Of a DNA stretch of 64,000 bases, positions 61,014-64,000 are shown one piece after another; the first letter of the stretch is position 1, and every line of letters begins with the position of its first letter. The translations under genes were made by a program, and so were the position numbers. The notes beneath the pieces were generated by a model, which saw nothing but the letters and a program-made list of their open reading frames with translations, was not told where the DNA came from and searched no databases. The stretch comes from Terriglobia bacterium (GTDB lineage: Bacteria > Acidobacteriota > Terriglobia > 20CM-2-55-15), in contig CBDAOY010000008.1 of the NCBI GenBank assembly GCA_965198225.1, positions 1,152,001-1,216,000 of the forward strand, written 5' to 3'.

Positions 61014-62267
61014 ATGACATCCAGAGAGACCACACGCATTGATCCCGAACGGCTGGCGGCCAGACTCGCTGCTCTGGCCGGCGTGAGCACGACGCGCCTG
61101 GCCTTTACTCCCGAGGACCGGGAAGGCCGGGAGCGCGTCATCGATATGATGCGCGAAGCCAGACTTGACGTTCGCATCGACCCCGCGACCAACATCATCG
61201 GGCGCCGTCCGGGCCAGACCCCCGGACCGGCGATCGCCTGTGGCTCGCACATCGACACCGTCCCGGGTGGGGGCTCCTATGACGGCGCGCTGGGATCGCT
61301 GGCGGGTATCGAATGCCTGCAGACACTCGAGGAAGCCGGAATCGGGACCCGACATCCCTTCGAAGTCATCGTCTTTGCTAACGAGGAGGGACAATCCTTC
61401 ACGGGCCTGATGGGCAGTCGCGCCATGGCCGGCTCGCTCGACACGGATGAAATCCACACTCAGGATTCGAACGGCCGCACGCTTGCCGAGGCGCTCCGCG
61501 AGTTCGGTGGAGACCCCGAGCGGGTGGCCGAAAGTGTTCGGACATCCCGGGACGTTAGCGCGTACTTGGAACTGCACGTCGAGCAGGGAGGAGTACTCGA
61601 GAGCGCCGGAACGCCCATCGGTGTGGTCGAGGGAATCGTCGGTATCCAGTACTTGGAGGTGGTCCTGAGGGGACGAGCCAACCATGCCGGTACGACCCCC
61701 ATGGAGTTGAGGCGAGACGCCCTGGTGGCCGCGTCCCGCTTTGTTCTCTCTGTGGACGAAGCCATCCGCACCGGCGATTTCTGTCGCGTCGGAACGGTCG
61801 GAACGCTCGATGTCACACCGAACGCGCGCAACGTGGTGCCGGGCGAAGTCCGCCTGAGGGTCGACCTTCGGGACCTGGACACGGGAACGATCGATCGAGC
61901 CGTGGAGCATCTTCGGCACGGCGCGGACGACATATGCCGGCGCAGTCATGTCGACGTGCAACTGGAAGTGACGGAACGCATGGAACCGGCAGCCGCCGAC
62001 CCGGAGTTGATGCGTGCGGTAGCCCAGGCCTCGGAAGGCCTGGGCCTTCCGCACCGTACGATGCCCAGTGGGGCCGGTCACGACGCACAGATGATGGCCC
62101 GGATCGCACGGATGGGGATGATCTTCGTCCCGAGCGCGGCCGGCGTCAGTCACTCTGAGAGCGAGTTCACATCTCCTGAAGATTGCGCGAACGGAGCCAA
62201 CGTGTTGCTGCACACGATGCTGGAGCTGGACGGTGGGGATGAGCTTTACGTAGGCCGTAGGCCGTAG
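61014..62267 (+). CDS. Zn-dependent hydrolase, N-carbamoyl-amino-acid/allantoate amidohydrolase family (M20)
   Basis: [46 protein letters not shown]. Confidence 0.93.
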   Translation: MTSRETTRIDPERLAARLAALAGVSTTRLAFTPEDREGRERVIDMMREARLDVRIDPATNIIGRRPGQTPGPAIACGSHIDTVPGGGSYDGALGSLAGIECLQTLEEAGIGTRHPFEVIVFANEEGQSFTGLMGSRAMAGSLDTDEIHTQDSNGRTLAEALREFGGDPERVAESVRTSRDVSAYLELHVEQGGVLESAGTPIGVVEGIVGIQYLEVVLRGRANHAGTTPMELRRDALVAASRFVLSVDEAIRTGDFCRVGTVGTLDVTPNARNVVPGEVRLRVDLRDLDTGTIDRAVEHLRHGADDICRRSHVDVQLEVTERMEPAAADPELMRAVAQASEGLGLPHRTMPSGAGHDAQMMARIARMGMIFVPSAAGVSHSESEFTSPEDCANGANVLLHTMLELDGGDELYVGRRP

Positions 62268-62309
62268 GCCGTTATCGCTGTATTCTGGTCACTGGCCACT
62301 GACCACTGA
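62249..62309. repeat. Heptamer tandem repeats (CGTAGGC x3; TGRCCAC-type)
   Basis: CGTAGGC x3 then TGGTCAC TGGCCAC TGACCAC. Confidence 0.75.
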
Positions 62310-62319
62310 AAGGAAAACC

Positions 62320-64000
62320 ATGTTTCAACTGGGAGTCGACGTTGGCGGGACGTTCACCGATATCATTCTCGCCGACACCGAGAAGCAGCAATTCGCCATT
62401 CATAAGGTACCGAGTACGTCGCCGGATCCCTCCGTTGGCGTGATCGATGGAATCCGCGATCTGTGCGCGCGCGAAGGCGTCGAACTGGGAGCACTCGAGC
62501 ATCTCTTCCATGGAACGACGGTGGCGACGAACGCGATCCTCGAACACAAGGGCGCCCGGACCGGTATGATCACGACTCGGGGCTACCGCGACATCATCCA
62601 CATCGGTCGGCATCAGCGGCCGCAGAACTATTCGTTGATGCAGGACATTCCCTGGCAGTCGAAGCCGCTCGTCAAAAGGCGTCATCGCAAGCTCGTAACC
62701 GAGCGCCTCGCCCCACCCCGTGGGGATGTCCTGACCGCACTCGACGAAGATGAAGTCAGGGAGGCGACCCGGACCTTGAAGGCGGAAGGGGTCGACTCGA
62801 TTGCCGTGTGCTTTCTCTTCTCATATCTGAACCCGGCTCATGAACTGCGCGTTCGGGAGATCATCGAAGAAGAGTTTCCGGATTCCTTCGTGACGACGTC
62901 GGCCGACGTTTCACCCCAGTTTCGTGAATTCGAGAGGTTCACAACCTGCTGCCTCAACGCATTCGTCGGCCCGCGGGTGCGCGACTTCACCCGAAACCTG
63001 TCCGACCGTCTGGGAGAAACGGGCGTCCGCGTCGAGCCCCACATCATGACTTCGAACGGCGGTGTCGCCACGGCCCGAACCATCGCGGACAAACCCGTCT
63101 ACACGCTGCTGTCGGGCCCGGCCGCCGGTGTCCTCGGGGGTGAGTGGACTGCACGCCAGAGCGATCGACACAAGCTGATCACTTTCGACGTCGGCGGGAC
63201 GAGCGCCGACATCGGCATCGTGACGGAGACAGGAATCGCCGAAGCTTCGGCACGCGACACGAGGATCGCCGGCTATCCCGTGATGATTCCCATGATCGAC
63301 ATCCATACGATCGGGGCGGGCGGCGGCAGCATCGCATACGCCGATGAAGGCGGCGCTTTCAGAGTCGGGCCTCGCAGCGCCGGTTCCGCACCAGGCCCCG
63401 CATGTTATGGAAAAGGCGGTGCGGAACCGACCGTGACCGACGCCAACCTCGTTCTTGGCCGCCTCGACGCGGATCACTTCCTCGGCGGCTCGATGAGGCT
63501 CGATACCGCGGCTGCGTTTTCGGTCATCGACGCGCTCGCCTCCCGACTGACGCTCGATCGCTACGATGCCGCCGAGGGCGTCAACACGATCATGGCCGCA
63601 AACATGGCCCACGCTATCCGCTCTCGGACGGTCCAGAAGGGTCACGACCCGCGAAAGTTCGCGCTCGTGGCGTTCGGAGGTGCGGGACCGATGATGGCGG
63701 TCGAGGTCGCCCGTCACTTGAAGATCCCCGAAGTGGTCATCCCCGTCTACCCCGGGATTACATCCGCACTGGGCCTGTTGACAACCGACCTCAAATACGA
63801 TTTTCTCCAGACGGAGTTCATGCTGGCCGACTCCCTGGACTCGGTGAAACTCTCGAGGGACCTCGACACCCTCGAAGAGCGCGCCCGAACCCGCCTGCGG
63901 GCCGATGGCATACCCGAAGATCGAGAGCGCCTCGACCGCAGTCTGGACCTCCGCTACCTTGGCCAGGGTTATGAGATGCAGATTCCGATCTCGCGCGAGG
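62320..64000 (+). CDS. Hydantoinase A/oxoprolinase family protein, partial at window end (absent from ORF track)
   Basis: Read from DNA: [58 protein letters not shown]; AAGGA RBS. Confidence 0.93.
   Translation, partial: MFQLGVDVGGTFTDIILADTEKQQFAIHKVPSTSPDPSVGVIDGIRDLCAREGVELGALEHLFHGTTVATNAILEHKGARTGMITTRGYRDIIHIGRHQRPQNYSLMQDIPWQSKPLVKRRHRKLVTERLAPPRGDVLTALDEDEVREATRTLKAEGVDSIAVCFLFSYLNPAHELRVREIIEEEFPDSFVTTSADVSPQFREFERFTTCCLNAFVGPRVRDFTRNLSDRLGETGVRVEPHIMTSNGGVATARTIADKPVYTLLSGPAAGVLGGEWTARQSDRHKLITFDVGGTSADIGIVTETGIAEASARDTRIAGYPVMIPMIDIHTIGAGGGSIAYADEGGAFRVGPRSAGSAPGPACYGKGGAEPTVTDANLVLGRLDADHFLGGSMRLDTAAAFSVIDALASRLTLDRYDAAEGVNTIMAANMAHAIRSRTVQKGHDPRKFALVAFGGAGPMMAVEVARHLKIPEVVIPVYPGITSALGLLTTDLKYDFLQTEFMLADSLDSVKLSRDLDTLEERARTRLRADGIPEDRERLDRSLDLRYLGQGYEMQIPISRE

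Overview
GC-rich bacterial window from a diderm (outer-membrane and Tat-exported proteins; Acidobacteriota-like is an inference only). The most distinctive locus is 1-10.9 kb: the 3' end of a NarX-type sensor kinase gene, three NHLP (nitrile-hydratase-like leader) RiPP precursor genes with Cys/Thr-free cores and no modifying enzyme or transporter in the window, and a ~2,900-aa surface protein (SBBP propeller, 18 Ig-like repeats, beta-helix tail split by a G9 frameshift). A shared 7-4-7 inverted-repeat operator (ATCRCAT-N4-ATGCGAT) with position-locked promoter elements ties these together. The rest of the window holds an imuA-imuB-dnaE2 cassette under a GAAC-N4-GTTC SOS box, feoAB with a Fur-like box, proS, and an acyl-CoA cluster (ICM-type B12 mutase, 2 thiolase-fold + 2 DUF35 genes, HMG-CoA lyase, CoA transferase). 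It also holds putP, an IS91 relic, and an IS5/IS903-group element joining a truncated cyclase-kinase gene to a truncated acetamidase gene. Further on are a pentapeptide-TIR gene, split LKR/SDH genes and amidohydrolase/hydantoinase genes. Intergenic DNA is dense in small elements: two CTAG-targeting MITEs (one with a collapsed 17-bp copy), a 55-bp repeat, 9-mer and 7-mer periodic repeats and a REP-like quartet. Several single-site frameshifts may be assembly errors.
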